The notes under the pieces: generated by a model
Databases searched by the model: none
The model's input: only the letters and a program-made list of their open reading frames with translations
Told to the model about the DNA's origin: nothing
Source of the DNA: Candidatus Omnitrophota bacterium
Lineage (GTDB): Bacteria > Omnitrophota > Gorgyraeia > 2-02-FULL-51-18
DNA length: 44,840 nt
Direction: 5' to 3'
Assembly: GCA_016180585.1 (NCBI GenBank)
Contig: JACPAX010000040.1
Span: 1-44,840, forward strand
Shown: positions 1 to 10,671 of the stretch, in pieces
How positions within the stretch are numbered: the stretch's first letter is position 1
Layout: every line of letters starts with the position of its first letter
Made by a program: the position numbers and the translations under genes

Positions 1-347
1 GGCTTCTCGACCCGCAGGTCCCCGGCCGTCTCCCGCACGGCCCGGACCGCGGTCTCGAGCATCGCGCGGCCGCCGATGGCGTGGACATTGAGCATCGATA
101 CCCCGAGCTTCACGGCGGCCCCGCAGGCCCCGCCCACCGTATTCGGAATATCGTGGAACTTAAGGTCCAAAAACACGCGGCCGCCATGAGATCGGACCAT
201 TTCCACCGCGCGGGGACCGGCGGCGGTGAAAAGCTCTTTGCCGACTTTAAACACCTTGACGGCAGGCGAAAGAACGCGCACGAGCCTTTCCGCCTCCGCC
301 AGGCTTGGGATATCGAGCGCGACAATCAGTTTGTCCGGATGATTCAT
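1..347 (-). CDS. pyrF: Orotidine-5'-phosphate decarboxylase (5' part; runs off the window)
   Basis: Manual translation from ATG at 347 gives [12 protein letters not shown]...VFKVGKELF...[14 protein letters not shown], which contains the DxKxxDIPNT motif. The start overlaps the pyrD stop (ATGA). Not in the ORF track. Confidence 0.95.
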   Translation of the reverse strand, partial: MNHPDKLIVALDIPSLAEAERLVRVLSPAVKVFKVGKELFTAAGPRAVEMVRSHGGRVFLDLKFHDIPNTVGGACGAAVKLGVSMLNVHAIGGRAMLETAVRAVRETAGDLRVEK

Positions 348-1291
348 GTCCGAAGGGATCCTATTATTTCTTTCAAATCCCTCAGTTTTTCTTTTTTCAT
401 AAAATCCTTGAGTCCTTCCAGAATCTCGATGGAGGCGCGCGGGTTGATGAAGTTGGCCGTCCCCACCTGGATGGCGGAGGCGCCCGCGATGAGAAACTCA
501 AGCGCGTCATGCGCGTCCATAATTCCACCGATGCCGATGACCGGGATCTTCACGGCCCGGCTCGCCTCCCAGACCATCCGCACCGCGATGGGCCGAATGC
601 ATGGGCCGGAGAGACCCCCGGTCTTGTTGGCGAGCACGGGCCTGCGTGTCTTGACGTCAATCGCCATCGCGACAAACGTGTGGACGAGCGACACCGCATC
701 CGCGCCCGCGCGTTCCGCCGCCGAGGCCATCGCCCCGATGTCCGACACCTCAGGCCCAAGTTTGGCAATCAAAGTCTTCCTCGTCACACCGCGCACCCCC
801 CTCACCACCCCAGCAATCATCCCCTCCTCCTGCGCAAACATTTTGACCGTCATGAACCCCGGGGGTTCATTGGGGGTTTCTTTATAGGCCACGTTCGGAC
901 AGGAAAGATTCAACTCATAGCCATGGATGCTTTGAGTTTCTTCAAGTTTTTTGATCACTTCCGTGAATTCCTCAATACTGTAACCCATGACGCTCACGAT
1001 GATTGGAACGCGGAGGTTTTGAAGGTAAGGGAGTTTTTCTTCTATAAATTTTTCGACCCCTGGATTCTGAAGGCCGATAGAGTTGAGCATCCCGGAAGGA
1101 GTTTCTACGATACGTTGCGGAGGGTTTCCAAGCCGCGGTTTCAGAGTAATCGTTTTTGTGACAATGCCGCCGAGCTTTTTTAGATCGATAAATTGTTTAA
1201 ATTCCCCGGCGTGCCCGAACGTGCCCGAGGCAACCAGCACAGGATTTTTGAATTTAATCTTTCCTATCTCAATTTCCAGATTGAGCTTCAT
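344..1291 (-). CDS. pyrD: Dihydroorotate dehydrogenase B catalytic subunit (family 1B)
   Basis: Motifs [29 protein letters not shown] and GGLSGP; located in the pyr operon near pyrK. Confidence 0.97.
   Translation of the reverse strand: MKLNLEIEIGKIKFKNPVLVASGTFGHAGEFKQFIDLKKLGGIVTKTITLKPRLGNPPQRIVETPSGMLNSIGLQNPGVEKFIEEKLPYLQNLRVPIIVSVMGYSIEEFTEVIKKLEETQSIHGYELNLSCPNVAYKETPNEPPGFMTVKMFAQEEGMIAGVVRGVRGVTRKTLIAKLGPEVSDIGAMASAAERAGADAVSLVHTFVAMAIDVKTRRPVLANKTGGLSGPCIRPIAVRMVWEASRAVKIPVIGIGGIMDAHDALEFLIAGASAIQVGTANFINPRASIEILEGLKDFMKKEKLRDLKEIIGSLRT
852..870. repeat. REP palindrome copy in frame inside pyrD
   Basis: ATGAACCCC-G-GGGGTTCAT, one mismatch to the RAYT-flanking copies; translated as part of PNEPPGFM. 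Confidence 0.9.
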
Positions 1292-1296
1292 ACCAT

Positions 1297-1324
1297 CATG
1301 AACCCCGGGAGTTCATTAAAGGTT
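1297..1324. repeat. REP palindrome at the 3' end of the RAYT gene
   Basis: CATGAACCCCGGGAGTTCAT-ta-AAGGTT; overlaps the RAYT stop codon. Confidence 0.92.
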
Positions 1325-1993
1325 CTCATCCAATAAGTGTTTCTTTATCCGCGCTAATTGCTTCTGATAATCGGCTTGGTCTTTAACAAAAGCCGCATAG
1401 TCCTTCCCGTTGATTTCCAACACACCCTCGTAGTCGCAAATACGGCGGCCGTTCGCCGCGCCAAGATACTCCTGAAAAGAACTCGCTGCCCAATCTTCCG
1501 GCTGAGTCACTAACGAAGCTGTCACGGGATTCAAATGTACATAACGCGTCAAATGCAAAAGTTGTTCGTCGGTCTCTACTCTGACGTTTTTGAAACGGCC
1601 GACCCATAGAGGACCTTTCCGCTTACGTTTGGTATTAAAAAAACGGCTGTAGCTGTTCTGAAGGTTCCCGATAAACTTCGTGATTCCGTCGGCTTTTAGT
1701 TGCTTCAAGACGAGATGGAAATGGGTCGGCATGATACAATAAGCCAGAATTTGGACAAGCTTGCTCCTCGATCGGGACCATTCTTCCAGGCTTAAATCGA
1801 TTCCGTTTGATTTTACGACGCTTAAGTTCAAAAAATTTGAAAACGGCATAGGCGTCTCAGCTATCGCGTAATAGACAATCATTTGCTTCATCCTCAAATA
1901 ATCTTCATCAAAATTAAAAACTTTAAAACCCGCGATCGTTTTATTAAAAATATGGTAAGTCTCGCCCGTTGTCAAAGTTTCTTTTCTGCGCAT
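1316..1993 (-). CDS. REP-associated tyrosine transposase (RAYT, Y1 HUH family)
   Basis: Motifs YHIFNK, LAYCIMPTHFHL (HUH), GPLWVGRFK and YVHLNPV (catalytic Tyr); visibly more AT-rich than the pyr genes; flanked by identical palindromes. Confidence 0.93.
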   Translation of the reverse strand: MRRKETLTTGETYHIFNKTIAGFKVFNFDEDYLRMKQMIVYYAIAETPMPFSNFLNLSVVKSNGIDLSLEEWSRSRSKLVQILAYCIMPTHFHLVLKQLKADGITKFIGNLQNSYSRFFNTKRKRKGPLWVGRFKNVRVETDEQLLHLTRYVHLNPVTASLVTQPEDWAASSFQEYLGAANGRRICDYEGVLEINGKDYAAFVKDQADYQKQLARIKKHLLDENL

Positions 1994-2010
1994 TCTTCAG
2001 CCCCAACAGC

Positions 2011-2045
2011 AACCTTCCATGAACCCCGGGAGTTCATAGAAGGTT
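2011..2045. repeat. Extended REP hairpin upstream of the RAYT gene
   Basis: AACCTTC-c-ATGAACCCCGGGAGTTCAT-a-GAAGGTT. Confidence 0.92.
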
Positions 2046-2901
2046 AGTCCCATAGGATAGTAGCGGCCGGGAATACCGGCCCTTCTGTGCAGGCGATCGC
2101 GTACCGATAAGGCCGTTCGGAGTGAGGGGTGCGGAGTTTAATGGCGCAGCCCAGGCATGCCCCGAAGCCGCAGGCCATCGGCTCTTCCACCGATACCTCC
2201 GCCTCCACCGCGTGTCTGCCGCACAGCGCGCTCACGGTCCTTAGCATCGGCGTCGGCCCGCAGGCATAAACCCGTCGCGGGCCGCGGGTCGCCGGGAATG
2301 AGGAAAGGAATTCGCCCAATAATTCCGTGACAAAGCCCTTGTGACCTTTTGAGCCGTCGTCGGTGGCCACGCGCAGGACCACGCCCAGCCGTTTGAATTC
2401 CTTCTCGCATAAAAGGAGCGATTTGCAACGCGCGCCGAGGAACACCTGCACCCGGGATGCTTTCAACTTTTCCTTGCGGGTCAACTCCCATGCCAGATGA
2501 AAAAGCGGCGGTATCCCCACCCCGCCGCCGACAAGCGCCAAAGCGCATTCCTTTCCGCCGGCCGCAGAAAATCCGTTTCCCAAAGGACCCGTCGCCCAGA
2601 GTGTTTGCCCTTTTTTTAAAAGCGACAAAAGACGGGTGCCTTTTCCGACGACTTGATAGAGCACCGAAAAAGTTTCTTTATCGGCGGCAAGAAAACTGAA
2701 CGGACGCGGCAAAAGGGGATCGCGTCCGCCACCGATCGCGTCGCAGAGAATCTGCGCAAACTGGCCGGGGCGGGCGCGCGGCGCGATGAGGCGCGAGCGC
2801 AGGCGAATCACATAGTGCCCCGGGGCTACTTTTTTATTATCCTCAACCATACATTTTTCTCTGAACATTTGATGGACGCCGGGGGCCGGAATAGTCCTCA
2901 T
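2044..2901 (-). CDS. pyrK: Dihydroorotate dehydrogenase electron transfer subunit
   Basis: Motifs [30 protein letters not shown] and [11 protein letters not shown]...C-TEGPVF ([2Fe-2S] ligands). Confidence 0.96.
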   Translation of the reverse strand: MRTIPAPGVHQMFREKCMVEDNKKVAPGHYVIRLRSRLIAPRARPGQFAQILCDAIGGGRDPLLPRPFSFLAADKETFSVLYQVVGKGTRLLSLLKKGQTLWATGPLGNGFSAAGGKECALALVGGGVGIPPLFHLAWELTRKEKLKASRVQVFLGARCKSLLLCEKEFKRLGVVLRVATDDGSKGHKGFVTELLGEFLSSFPATRGPRRVYACGPTPMLRTVSALCGRHAVEAEVSVEEPMACGFGACLGCAIKLRTPHSERPYRYAIACTEGPVFPAATILWD

Positions 2902-5900
2902 GTTCCGGCGCTCGCATTTTTTAGTCGGTGGTGGTGCCTCTGCAAGGCCGTGACTCCAAGACCTCCTTTTTTCATGGCCTCGATCGCGCGCACGGAGGCA
3001 ACCGCGCCTTCGATGGTCGTCACGCAGGGGACCGCGCGCGATACGGTAAGCGAGCGGATCACCACCTCGTCTTTCCTGGGCTTTTCCCCGCTTGGCGTAT
3101 TGATGACGAGGGCTATTTCGGAAGATTGGATAAGGTCGGTAATGTTGGGTTTTCCTTCGTGAAGTTTTTTCAGGGAGCGAACCGCGATCCCCGCTTCTTT
3201 CAGGACGCGCGCGGTGCCCTCGGTGGCGACGAGCCTGAACTTCATTTTTTCAAGCGCGGACGCGACTCCGACAAGAGACGGTTTGTCCTTGTCCTTGACG
3301 CTCAGGAAGACCGTGCCTTTGAGCGGCAATGTCGCGCCGGCGGCGATCTGCGACTTGGCAAAAGCCCTCCCAAAATCCGTGTCGATTCCCATCACCTCGC
3401 CCGTTGACTTCATCTCGGGACCCAGGAGAATATCGATGCCCCGGAAACGCACGAACGGAAGCACCACCTCCTTGACCGAGGTGTATCTCGGGATAATCTC
3501 TTTGGTAAAGCCGAGTGCTTCCAATTTTTTCCCGGCCATGACCTGCGCCGCCAGCTTCGCAAGCGGCACGCCGATCGCCTTGGAGACAAAGGGAATCGTG
3601 CGCGAGGCGCGCGGGTTGACCTCGAGAACGTAGACGACGCCGTCTTTGACGGCAAATTGGACGTTCATGAGCCCGACGACGCCGAGTTCGCGCGCGAGGG
3701 CCGTGGTCTGTCTCTTGATCTCCCCGATGACCTCCGGCGACAGCGAATAGGGCGGAATCGAACAGGCACTGTCCCCCGAGTGGATACCGGCCTGCTCGAT
3801 ATGCTCCATCACCCCGCCGATCACGAAGGTCTGGCCGTCCGAAATCATGTCGACATCCACTTCCTTGGCCCCTTCCAGAAACTGGTCGACGAGCACCGGC
3901 CGGTCGCCTGAGACGTCCACCGCCGAGGCCATATAATTTTTAAGGGATACCTCGTCATACACGATCTGCATCGCGCGGCCGCCCAGCACATACGACGGCC
4001 GAACGAGCACCGGATACCCGATGCGACACGCCTCTTTTTTAGCCTCCCCGAAATTCGTCGCGGTACCGTTTGAGGGCTGCTTGAGCCCCAGCTTGTCCAA
4101 CACTTCCTTGAATTTTTTCCGGTCCTCGGCGCGGTCGATCGCCAGGGGACTGGTCCCGATAATCGGAACCCCCGCTTTTTGGAGCGCCAGCGCGAGATTC
4201 AGCGGCGTCTGGCCGCCAAATTGGACGATGACCCCCTCCGGTTTTTCTTTGTCGACGATATTGAGGACGTCCTCAAGCGTCACCGGCTCGAAATACAGCC
4301 TGTCGGACGTGTCATAGTCGGTGGAGACGGTCTCGGGGTTGCAGTTGACCATGAGGGTCTCAAAGCCGATTTCCTTCAGCGCGAACGACGCGTGGCAGCA
4401 GCAGTAGTCAAACTCGATCCCCTGCCCGATGCGGTTTGGCCCGCCGCCGAGAATCATGATCTTGCGCCGCGGCGAGACCCGGACCTCATCCTCGGCCTCG
4501 TAGGTCGAGTAATAATACGGCGTAAACGCCTCAAACTCCCCGCCGCAGGTGTCGACGAGTTTATAAGTAGGCAACACCTTTTCTTTTTTTCTCAACGCGC
4601 GGATCGCCGCCTCGTCTTTGGAAAGAATTTCGGCAAGTTGAATGTCGGAAAAACCATACTCCTTGGCGCGGCGGAGCATCGCGGAGGGGATCTCCCTTTT
4701 TTTTGAAGCGACCGTCCGCCGGAGTTCCCGCTCGAAGGCCGCTATCTCAAAAAGGTTTTCCAAAAACCACGGGTCAATCCGGGTGAGCCGGTGTATCTTT
4801 TTGAGACTCATCCCTTCAAAGATCGCGCGCTTGAGATAATAAAACCGCTCGGCGTTGGGACGCCGGAGATGATCGATAAGGTCCCCCGTGGCTTTCTTGG
4901 ATTCGAAACCCGACGCCTTGATCTCAAGGCCCCGGAGGCCCTTTTGGAAAGCCTCTTTGAACGTGCGGCCTATCGCCATCACCTCGCCGACGGATTTCAT
5001 CTGCGTCGTGAGCGTCGTATCGGCCCCCGGAAATTTCTCGAACGCGAAGCGGGGGATCTTCACGACGCAGTAATCGATGGTCGGTTCGAAGCTTGCCGGC
5101 GTCTTTTTGGTGATGTCGTTGGGGATCTCGTCGAGCGTGTAGCCCACCGCGAGCTTCGCCGCGATCTTCGCGATCGGAAAACCCGTCGCCTTCGAGGCGA
5201 GCGCCGAGGAGCGCGACACGCGCGGGTTCATCTCGATCACGACCATGCGCCCGTCTTTGGGGTTTACCGCAAACTGGATGTTGGACCCGCCGGTCTCGAC
5301 GCCGATCTCCCGAATGCAGGCGATCGCCGCGTTGCGCATCTTCTGGTACTCGCGGTCGGTCAGGGTCTGAGCCGGCGCCACCGTGATCGAGTCGCCGGTG
5401 TGGACGCCCATCGGATCGAAATTCTCTATCGAACAGATGACGACGACGTTGTCCTTGCGGTCCCGCATCACCTCCAGTTCAAATTCCTTCCAGCCGAAGA
5501 TGGATTCCTCGACGAGGATTTCGTGCGTCATCGAAAGCTGAAGACCGGTCGAGGCGATGCGCCTGAAATCCTCCATGGTCGTGGCGATCCCGCCGCCGGT
5601 CCCGCCCAGCGTAAAGCTGGGGCGTATCACGGCGGGGAGATTCACCCGCCTCAGGATTTTCAACGCCGCTTCAAGCGAACGCGCAAGCCCCGATCTCGGA
5701 AGATCGAGACCGATCTTCTGCATCGCCTTTTTAAAAAGATCCCTTTCCTCGGCTTTTTTGATCGACTCGAGGTTCACGCCGATCATCCGCACGCCGTATT
5801 TTTTGAAAATGCCGGCGTCGGCGGCCTGCACGGCGGTGTTGAGCCCCGTCTGCCCGCCGAGCGTCGGGAGCACCGCGTCGGGCCGTTCGATCGCGATCAC

Positions 5901-6128
5901 CTTTTCCAGAAACTCGACGGTGATCGGCTCGAGGTAGGTCCGGTCGGCGGTCTGAGGGTCGGTCATGATCGTCGCGGGGTTGGAGTTGATCAGCACCACT
6001 TCATAGCCGTCCTCGCGCAGCGCCTTACAGGCCTGGGTCCCCGAATAATCGAATTCACAGGCCTGACCGATCACGATGGGGCCGGATCCAATGATTAAAA
6101 TCTTCTTTATGTCTGTGCGCTTAGGCAT
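2898..6128 (-). CDS. carB: Carbamoyl-phosphate synthase large subunit
   Basis: Begins [30 protein letters not shown]; two ATP-grasp domains and an MGS domain. Start moved to ATG 6128. Confidence 0.99.
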   Translation of the reverse strand: MPKRTDIKKILIIGSGPIVIGQACEFDYSGTQACKALREDGYEVVLINSNPATIMTDPQTADRTYLEPITVEFLEKVIAIERPDAVLPTLGGQTGLNTAVQAADAGIFKKYGVRMIGVNLESIKKAEERDLFKKAMQKIGLDLPRSGLARSLEAALKILRRVNLPAVIRPSFTLGGTGGGIATTMEDFRRIASTGLQLSMTHEILVEESIFGWKEFELEVMRDRKDNVVVICSIENFDPMGVHTGDSITVAPAQTLTDREYQKMRNAAIACIREIGVETGGSNIQFAVNPKDGRMVVIEMNPRVSRSSALASKATGFPIAKIAAKLAVGYTLDEIPNDITKKTPASFEPTIDYCVVKIPRFAFEKFPGADTTLTTQMKSVGEVMAIGRTFKEAFQKGLRGLEIKASGFESKKATGDLIDHLRRPNAERFYYLKRAIFEGMSLKKIHRLTRIDPWFLENLFEIAAFERELRRTVASKKREIPSAMLRRAKEYGFSDIQLAEILSKDEAAIRALRKKEKVLPTYKLVDTCGGEFEAFTPYYYSTYEAEDEVRVSPRRKIMILGGGPNRIGQGIEFDYCCCHASFALKEIGFETLMVNCNPETVSTDYDTSDRLYFEPVTLEDVLNIVDKEKPEGVIVQFGGQTPLNLALALQKAGVPIIGTSPLAIDRAEDRKKFKEVLDKLGLKQPSNGTATNFGEAKKEACRIGYPVLVRPSYVLGGRAMQIVYDEVSLKNYMASAVDVSGDRPVLVDQFLEGAKEVDVDMISDGQTFVIGGVMEHIEQAGIHSGDSACSIPPYSLSPEVIGEIKRQTTALARELGVVGLMNVQFAVKDGVVYVLEVNPRASRTIPFVSKAIGVPLAKLAAQVMAGKKLEALGFTKEIIPRYTSVKEVVLPFVRFRGIDILLGPEMKSTGEVMGIDTDFGRAFAKSQIAAGATLPLKGTVFLSVKDKDKPSLVGVASALEKMKFRLVATEGTARVLKEAGIAVRSLKKLHEGKPNITDLIQSSEIALVINTPSGEKPRKDEVVIRSLTVSRAVPCVTTIEGAVASVRAIEAMKKGGLGVTALQRHHHRLKNASAGT

Positions 6129-6131
6129 GTT

Positions 6132-6264
6132 AAATCCGAAATGCGAAGCACGAAATTCGAAACAAATCCGAAATCCAAAATTCAAGTAACCTAAATACCG
6201 TTTTGATTTTTGGCGATTCGGATTTTGAATTTGTTTCGTATTTCGATATTCGTGCTTCGTATTT
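6132..6264. repeat. Inverted repeat built of ~7-bp units (CGAAATT/AATTTCG type)
   Basis: Left arm aaatccgaaatgcgaagcacgaaattcgaaacaaatccgaaat; right arm attttgaatttgtttcgtatttcgatattcgtgcttcgtattt; fills the carA-carB gap. Confidence 0.85.
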
Positions 6265-6269
6265 AAATT

Positions 6270-7382
6270 TCATTTTCTTTTCTGTTTTTTCATCAAATCT
6301 ATGAATTTATCAAAGTGGTGCGTCGCGTCGTGCGGCCCCGGAGCCGCTTCCGGGTGGTACTGCACCGAAAACACGGGGAGCTTCCTGTGCCGCATCCCCT
6401 CGCAGGTGCGGTCGTTGAGATTCACGTGCGTGAGCTCTACGTTTTTGTCCGGAATGGAATCGACGTCCACCGCGAACCCGTGATTCTGGGCGGTGATGTG
6501 CACGCGCTTGGACCACAGGTCGATCACCGGCTGGTTGCCCCCGTGGTGGCCGAATTTCAGTTTAAAGGTTTTCCCCCCGAAGGCCTGGCCGAGGATTTGA
6601 TGGCCAAGGCAAATCCCGAAGATCGGTAGAGGCGAATGATTATTCGCCTCTACGCCTATTAATTCCTTCACGGTATTCACGATATAAGGAAGCGCCTCGG
6701 GATCTCCGGGGCCGTTGGACAGGAAAAGACCGGCCGGTCTGCAGGCCAGAATGTCATTCTTTGAGGCCGTTGCCGGGACCACGGTGACGCGGCAATTTCT
6801 TTGTTCGAGGTTTCTCAAAATATTGAGTTTGATTCCCGAGTCGACGGCCACGACGTGGAATTTTCCTTTTTTATTCCAGGCATAGGCTTTTTGGCACATC
6901 ACTTCCCGGATGAGATCCCGCCCGACCAGTCCCGGCGAGGCCGCCGCTTTTTTGACCAGGTTTGCCGGATCGAGGTCCTCCGAGGAGATTACGCCTTTCC
7001 TGGCGCCTTCTTCCCTCAGATGCTTGGTGAGCGCGCGGGTGTCGACGCCCTCAATCCCGACGACGCCGTTTCTCTTGAGGTAAGGGCCCAGTCCTCCGCT
7101 CGCCCGCCAGTTGGAATGGACACGACTGGCCTCCTTGACGATGAATCCTTCGGCAAACGGCCGGGCGGATTCCGCGTCCTCGCGGTTGATCCCGTAATTG
7201 CCGATCAAAGGATAGGTCATGCAAACCATCTGGCCTTTATAGGAAGGATCCGTGAGGATCTCCTGATAACCCATCATGCTCGTATTGAACACGACCTCGC
7301 CGAAGGCCTCGCCCTCGGCGCCGAAGGAGAACCCGCGGAAAAATTTCCCGTCTTCGAGCGCCAGGACTGCTTCTTTTCTCAT
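6270..7382 (-). CDS. carA: Carbamoyl-phosphate synthase small subunit
   Basis: Motifs AVLALEDG, GEVVFNT, SNGPGDP, FGICLGHQ and QYHPEAAPGPHD. ATG 7382 overlaps the pyrC stop. Confidence 0.98.
   Translation of the reverse strand: MRKEAVLALEDGKFFRGFSFGAEGEAFGEVVFNTSMMGYQEILTDPSYKGQMVCMTYPLIGNYGINREDAESARPFAEGFIVKEASRVHSNWRASGGLGPYLKRNGVVGIEGVDTRALTKHLREEGARKGVISSEDLDPANLVKKAAASPGLVGRDLIREVMCQKAYAWNKKGKFHVVAVDSGIKLNILRNLEQRNCRVTVVPATASKNDILACRPAGLFLSNGPGDPEALPYIVNTVKELIGVEANNHSPLPIFGICLGHQILGQAFGGKTFKLKFGHHGGNQPVIDLWSKRVHITAQNHGFAVDVDSIPDKNVELTHVNLNDRTCEGMRHRKLPVFSVQYHPEAAPGPHDATHHFDKFIDLMKKQKRK
6626..6653. repeat. GTAG-class REP in frame inside carA
   Basis: GTAGAGGCGAAT-GATT-ATTCGCCTCTAC has perfect 12-bp arms and encodes VEANNHSPL. 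Confidence 0.88.
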
Positions 7383-8662
7383 GCGATTTTTCCGTTCTTC
7401 ATGACCCATCGGCCGTCGCAAAATACGTCCGTCGCGCGGCCTTTGAGTTTTTTTCCGAGAAACGGCGTGTTGCTGGATTTCGATTCGAATTCTTTTTTAT
7501 CCACGGTCCACTCAAGCTCCGGGTCGAAGACCGTCACGTCCGCCGGGGCCCCCGGCGACAGATGCCCGCGGTCTATTTTCAAAATCCCGGCTGGTTTGGC
7601 GGACATTTTATCGATGAGCTCTTTTAACGAAATGACCCCCTCCTTCACGAGCGCCAGCGAAAGCCCCAATGACGTCTCAAGGCCCGTGATCCCGAAAGGC
7701 GCTTTGTCAAACTCGGCGTCTTTTTCATTCTCCGAATGGGGCGCGTGGTCCGTCGAGAGGATATCGAGCGTCCCGTCCCTCAGGGCGCGCTTCACCGCCG
7801 CGACGTCCTCGGCCGTGCGAAGCGGCGGATTCATCTTGGCCGCGGTGCGGTAATGAAGCACCGCCTCTTCCGTCAGATGAAAATAGTGGGGACAGGTCTC
7901 GGCCGTCACGCGCGATCCCTGCGATTTGGCCTGCCGAATCAGATCGATCGATTTCCCGCTCGAGATATGGCAAAAATGGAGCCTCCCGCCGGTAAGATCC
8001 GCCAATTGAATGTCGCGCGCGACCTCCGCGCTCTCGGCCTCGACGGGGATTCCGGGAAGCCCCAGCCTTGTGGACACCACCCCCTCATTCATGCAGCCGC
8101 CGCAGAAAAGCTCCTCGTCCTGGCAATGCACCATGATCACCAGATCGAATTTTTTCGCGTATTCGAGCGCCCGCCGCAGGATATTCGAGTTGGAGATCGG
8201 GCGACCGTCGTCGGAGAGGGCCACCGCCCCCCCTTTTTTGAGCTCCCCGAATTCGGTGAGCTCCTTCCCCTCCTGGCCCAGCGTCACGGCCCCCACCGGC
8301 CACACACGGATGAGCGAGAGACGGCGCGCCTCTCCCAGAAGAAACTCCATGTCCGAACGGCTGTCCGAGACGGGGCTGGTGTTCGGCATCGGGCACACCC
8401 CCGTAAACCCGCCCTTTAGCGCGGCCCGCAGTCCGGTCTCGACGGTTTCCTTGTATTCAAATCCGGGTTGTCTCAGATGCACGTGCGCGTCGATGAGACC
8501 GGGACAAACCACTTTGCCCGCGGCATCCACCTCCTGGTCCGCCTTGTCGGCGATGGACTTGGCCACCTTGCTAATCCGCTTGTTTTCAATGAGCACGTCC
8601 ATGGCCGCGTCGAGATTATTTTTGGGGTCCACCACATGACCATTCTTAATTAAAATTTTCAT
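7379..8662 (-). CDS. pyrC: Dihydroorotase
   Basis: Motifs PGLIDAHVHLRQPG, MPNT, KMNPPLR and TDHAPH. Confidence 0.98.
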   Translation of the reverse strand: MKILIKNGHVVDPKNNLDAAMDVLIENKRISKVAKSIADKADQEVDAAGKVVCPGLIDAHVHLRQPGFEYKETVETGLRAALKGGFTGVCPMPNTSPVSDSRSDMEFLLGEARRLSLIRVWPVGAVTLGQEGKELTEFGELKKGGAVALSDDGRPISNSNILRRALEYAKKFDLVIMVHCQDEELFCGGCMNEGVVSTRLGLPGIPVEAESAEVARDIQLADLTGGRLHFCHISSGKSIDLIRQAKSQGSRVTAETCPHYFHLTEEAVLHYRTAAKMNPPLRTAEDVAAVKRALRDGTLDILSTDHAPHSENEKDAEFDKAPFGITGLETSLGLSLALVKEGVISLKELIDKMSAKPAGILKIDRGHLSPGAPADVTVFDPELEWTVDKKEFESKSSNTPFLGKKLKGRATDVFCDGRWVMKNGKIA

Positions 8663-8679
8663 TCAAAGCCCTCTGGGAT

Positions 8680-8773
8680 AAATTCGAAATTCGAATAGCC
8701 AAAATACTGTTTTGAATTTCTGTCATTTGGATTTCGAATTTGTTTCGGATTTCGTGCTTTGAATTTCGGATTT
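8680..8773. repeat. Second copy of the heptamer-unit inverted repeat family
   Basis: atttcgaatttgtttcggatttcgtgctttgaatttcggattt closely matches the arms at 6132-6264; fills the pyrB-pyrC gap. Confidence 0.85.
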
Positions 8774-8777
8774 AGAG

Positions 8778-9743
8778 TCATCGTTCCACCAAGGTTGTCA
8801 AAAACAATACCGCCATTCTGACCGCCACGCCGTTGGTGACCTGGTCGAGAATCACCGACTGCGGACCGTCGGCCACCTCCCCGGCCAGCTCCACCCCGCG
8901 GTTCACGGGGCCCGGGTGCATGATGATCACGTCGGATTTGGCCTGTTTCATGCGCTCTTTCGAGATACCGTATTCCGCGGCGTACTCCCGGATCGACGGG
9001 AAAAAGACGCCGCGCTGGCGCTCAAGCTGTATGCGCAAGATATTGAGCACGTCCTGGTCCTGCACCGCCCGGTCGAGGTCGTAGCAGACCTCGACGCCAA
9101 GCGTCTCTATCCCGCGCGGGATAAGCGTCGGCGGCCCGCAGACGGTAACCTTCGCGCCGAGTTTCTTAAGCCCCCAGATATTGGACCGCGCGACCCGCGA
9201 GTGGAGAATATCCCCCACCAGGCACACGCGGAGTCCCTCGATCTTTTTTTTCTTCTCGCGGATGGTAAAAATATCCAAAAGCCCCTGGGTGGGGTGCTCG
9301 TGGATCCCGTCTCCGGCGTTGATGACGCCCGCCCGGATCGAACGCGCCAGATACTCCGCCGACCCGGAAGACGAATGGCGCATCACGATGGTGTCGATAT
9401 GCATCGCCTCAATGTTGCGTGCGGTGTCCCGGAGGCTCTCGCCCTTCGAGGTGCTGGATCCCGTCGAGGAAAAATTCACGATATCGGCCGAGAGCCGCTT
9501 GGCGGCGAGCTCAAAGCTCGTGCGCGTGCGCGTCGACGATTCGAAGAAAAGATTGGCGATGGTCTTGCCGCGGAGCGCCGGGACTTTTTTGATGTCGCGG
9601 CTCGAGACCTCCTTGAAGGATTCCGCCGTGTCCAACACAAGCTCTATCTCTTCGCGGGAGAGCTCCTCCAGCGAGAGAAGATCTTTGCGCATCCAACGGG
9701 CCCCGTCCGGGTCTTTGTTTTCTCTCTTGCCCGGCCTAATCAT
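8778..9743 (-). CDS. pyrB: Aspartate carbamoyltransferase catalytic subunit
   Basis: Motifs [31 protein letters not shown] and MHPGPVNRG. Confidence 0.98.
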   Translation of the reverse strand: MIRPGKRENKDPDGARWMRKDLLSLEELSREEIELVLDTAESFKEVSSRDIKKVPALRGKTIANLFFESSTRTRTSFELAAKRLSADIVNFSSTGSSTSKGESLRDTARNIEAMHIDTIVMRHSSSGSAEYLARSIRAGVINAGDGIHEHPTQGLLDIFTIREKKKKIEGLRVCLVGDILHSRVARSNIWGLKKLGAKVTVCGPPTLIPRGIETLGVEVCYDLDRAVQDQDVLNILRIQLERQRGVFFPSIREYAAEYGISKERMKQAKSDVIIMHPGPVNRGVELAGEVADGPQSVILDQVTNGVAVRMAVLFLTTLVER

Positions 9744-10273
9744 GCTACTCTCTCCTCGACGATCACTTCCTCGCGGCCGTCGGTTTCCAGGAAGCGGACA
9801 TGCACGATTTCGTTCTCGTTGGTGGGGATATTTTTGCCGACGAAATCCGCCCGGATCGGAAGCTCCCGGTGGCCGCGATCGACGAGCACCGCAAGCTCGA
9901 TCCGCTTCGGGCGCCCGAAATCCACGAGCGCGTCGAGCGCCGAGCGTATCGTGCGCCCCGTGTAGAGCACGTCGTCGACGAGCACCACGATTTTTCCGTC
10001 AAGCTCGAAGTTGATCTCGGTCTTATGGATGATGGGCTGCTCGGCGACTTTGGTCAGGTCGTCCCGGTAGAGATTGATGTCGAGGATCCCCAGAGGGATC
10101 CGGGCCTGCGCGAGGGCGGCCATCGCTTGCTGGAGACGGCGGGCGAGGACGACCCCGCGCCGCTGGATCCCAATGAGCGCAAGTTCCTGAGCGCCTTTGT
10201 TTTTCTCAAGGATTTCGTGCGCAATGCGCGCGACAGCCCGTTCGATGGAGGGGGCATCGAGCACTGGCTTCAT
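9740..10273 (-). CDS. pyrR: Pyrimidine operon attenuation protein / uracil phosphoribosyltransferase
   Basis: Motifs [25 protein letters not shown] and DRGHRELPI. Start at ATG 10273 after GGAG. Confidence 0.98.
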   Translation of the reverse strand: MKPVLDAPSIERAVARIAHEILEKNKGAQELALIGIQRRGVVLARRLQQAMAALAQARIPLGILDINLYRDDLTKVAEQPIIHKTEINFELDGKIVVLVDDVLYTGRTIRSALDALVDFGRPKRIELAVLVDRGHRELPIRADFVGKNIPTNENEIVHVRFLETDGREEVIVEERVA

Positions 10274-10281
10274 GAGGACAC

Positions 10282-10395
10282 TCCGCCACAAAGTCCGACA
10301 CAAAACGTCGGCGGATTCGTCCATAATGCTTTGAGGGCAGATTCGCCAAGCATTGTGGCGAACGCGGCGGATTCGTCCGTGCCTTCGGCGCGGCG
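10282..10395. repeat. Cluster of TCCGCCA..TCGGCGGA / TCGCC..TGTGGCGA hairpins in the pyr leader
   Basis: Shares tcggcgga(t/c)tcgtc and tcgcc..ttgtggcga with 18354-18410. Confidence 0.7.
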
Positions 10396-10433
10396 AAAAA
10401 AAATACCCACGCGCTGAGTCATGAGGCGTGGGT
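10396..10433 (-). terminator. Attenuator terminator of the pyr leader
   Basis: Minus strand ACCCACGC...GCGTGGGT followed by A and a T8 run. Confidence 0.85.
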
Positions 10434-10462
10434 TAAACTTGAAGATAGCATCCATCTGTTTT

Positions 10463-10496
10463 CCTTTGCAGGCCTCTCAGGACCCGCTTAAAAGGG
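10463..10496 (-). promoter_or_regulatory. PyrR-binding RNA element
   Basis: Minus strand CCTTTTAAGCGGGTCCTGAGAGGCCTGCAAAGG resembles the CUUUAA..ARUCCNGNGAGGYU consensus and lies upstream of the terminator and pyrR. Confidence 0.92.
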
Positions 10497-10531
10497 CTTG
10501 GTTAAACGACTTCGATTAAATGGTCGAGGGA

Positions 10532-10560
10532 AGTATACCCCGTGATTCTTGCCCTGTCAA
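10532..10560 (-). promoter_or_regulatory. Sigma70 promoter of the pyr operon
   Basis: TTGACA (10560-10555), 17-bp spacer, TATACT (10537-10532). Confidence 0.85.
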
Positions 10561-10671
10561 ATGTTTTTCAAAAATTGTCAAAAATTCCTACTTTCCTGCC
10601 TACAACCCTCGGAGATTACCATGGCCAAGTTGATTGCAAGTTGAAGTTTAGATTTGGCATGGGTGTGCGCC

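Larger units (their letters stand above)
1297..2045. mobile_element. RAYT plus flanking REPs (REPtron-like unit) inserted between pyrK and pyrD
   Basis: Identical 20-bp direct repeats at 1297-1316 and 2018-2037 bracket the transposase and separate the normally adjacent pyrK-pyrD pair. Confidence 0.85.

Noticed and set aside
4791-6098. Long opposite-strand ORFs (also 305-1183, 6801-7853, 8916-9965, 18777-19796, 38811-40232 and others)
   Set aside because: They are antisense shadows of GC-rich genes and have no recognisable motifs.
6129-6185. N-terminal extensions in the ORF track for carB, pyrR, the HAD phosphatase, lacI and ispA
   Set aside because: They are translations of upstream repeats or promoter DNA. 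The downstream ATGs match the family N-termini.
10575-10670. Possible ncRNA or hairpin between yopX and the pyr promoter
   Set aside because: Only a short imperfect stem (ccatggccaa/ttggcatgg), with no recognisable family.
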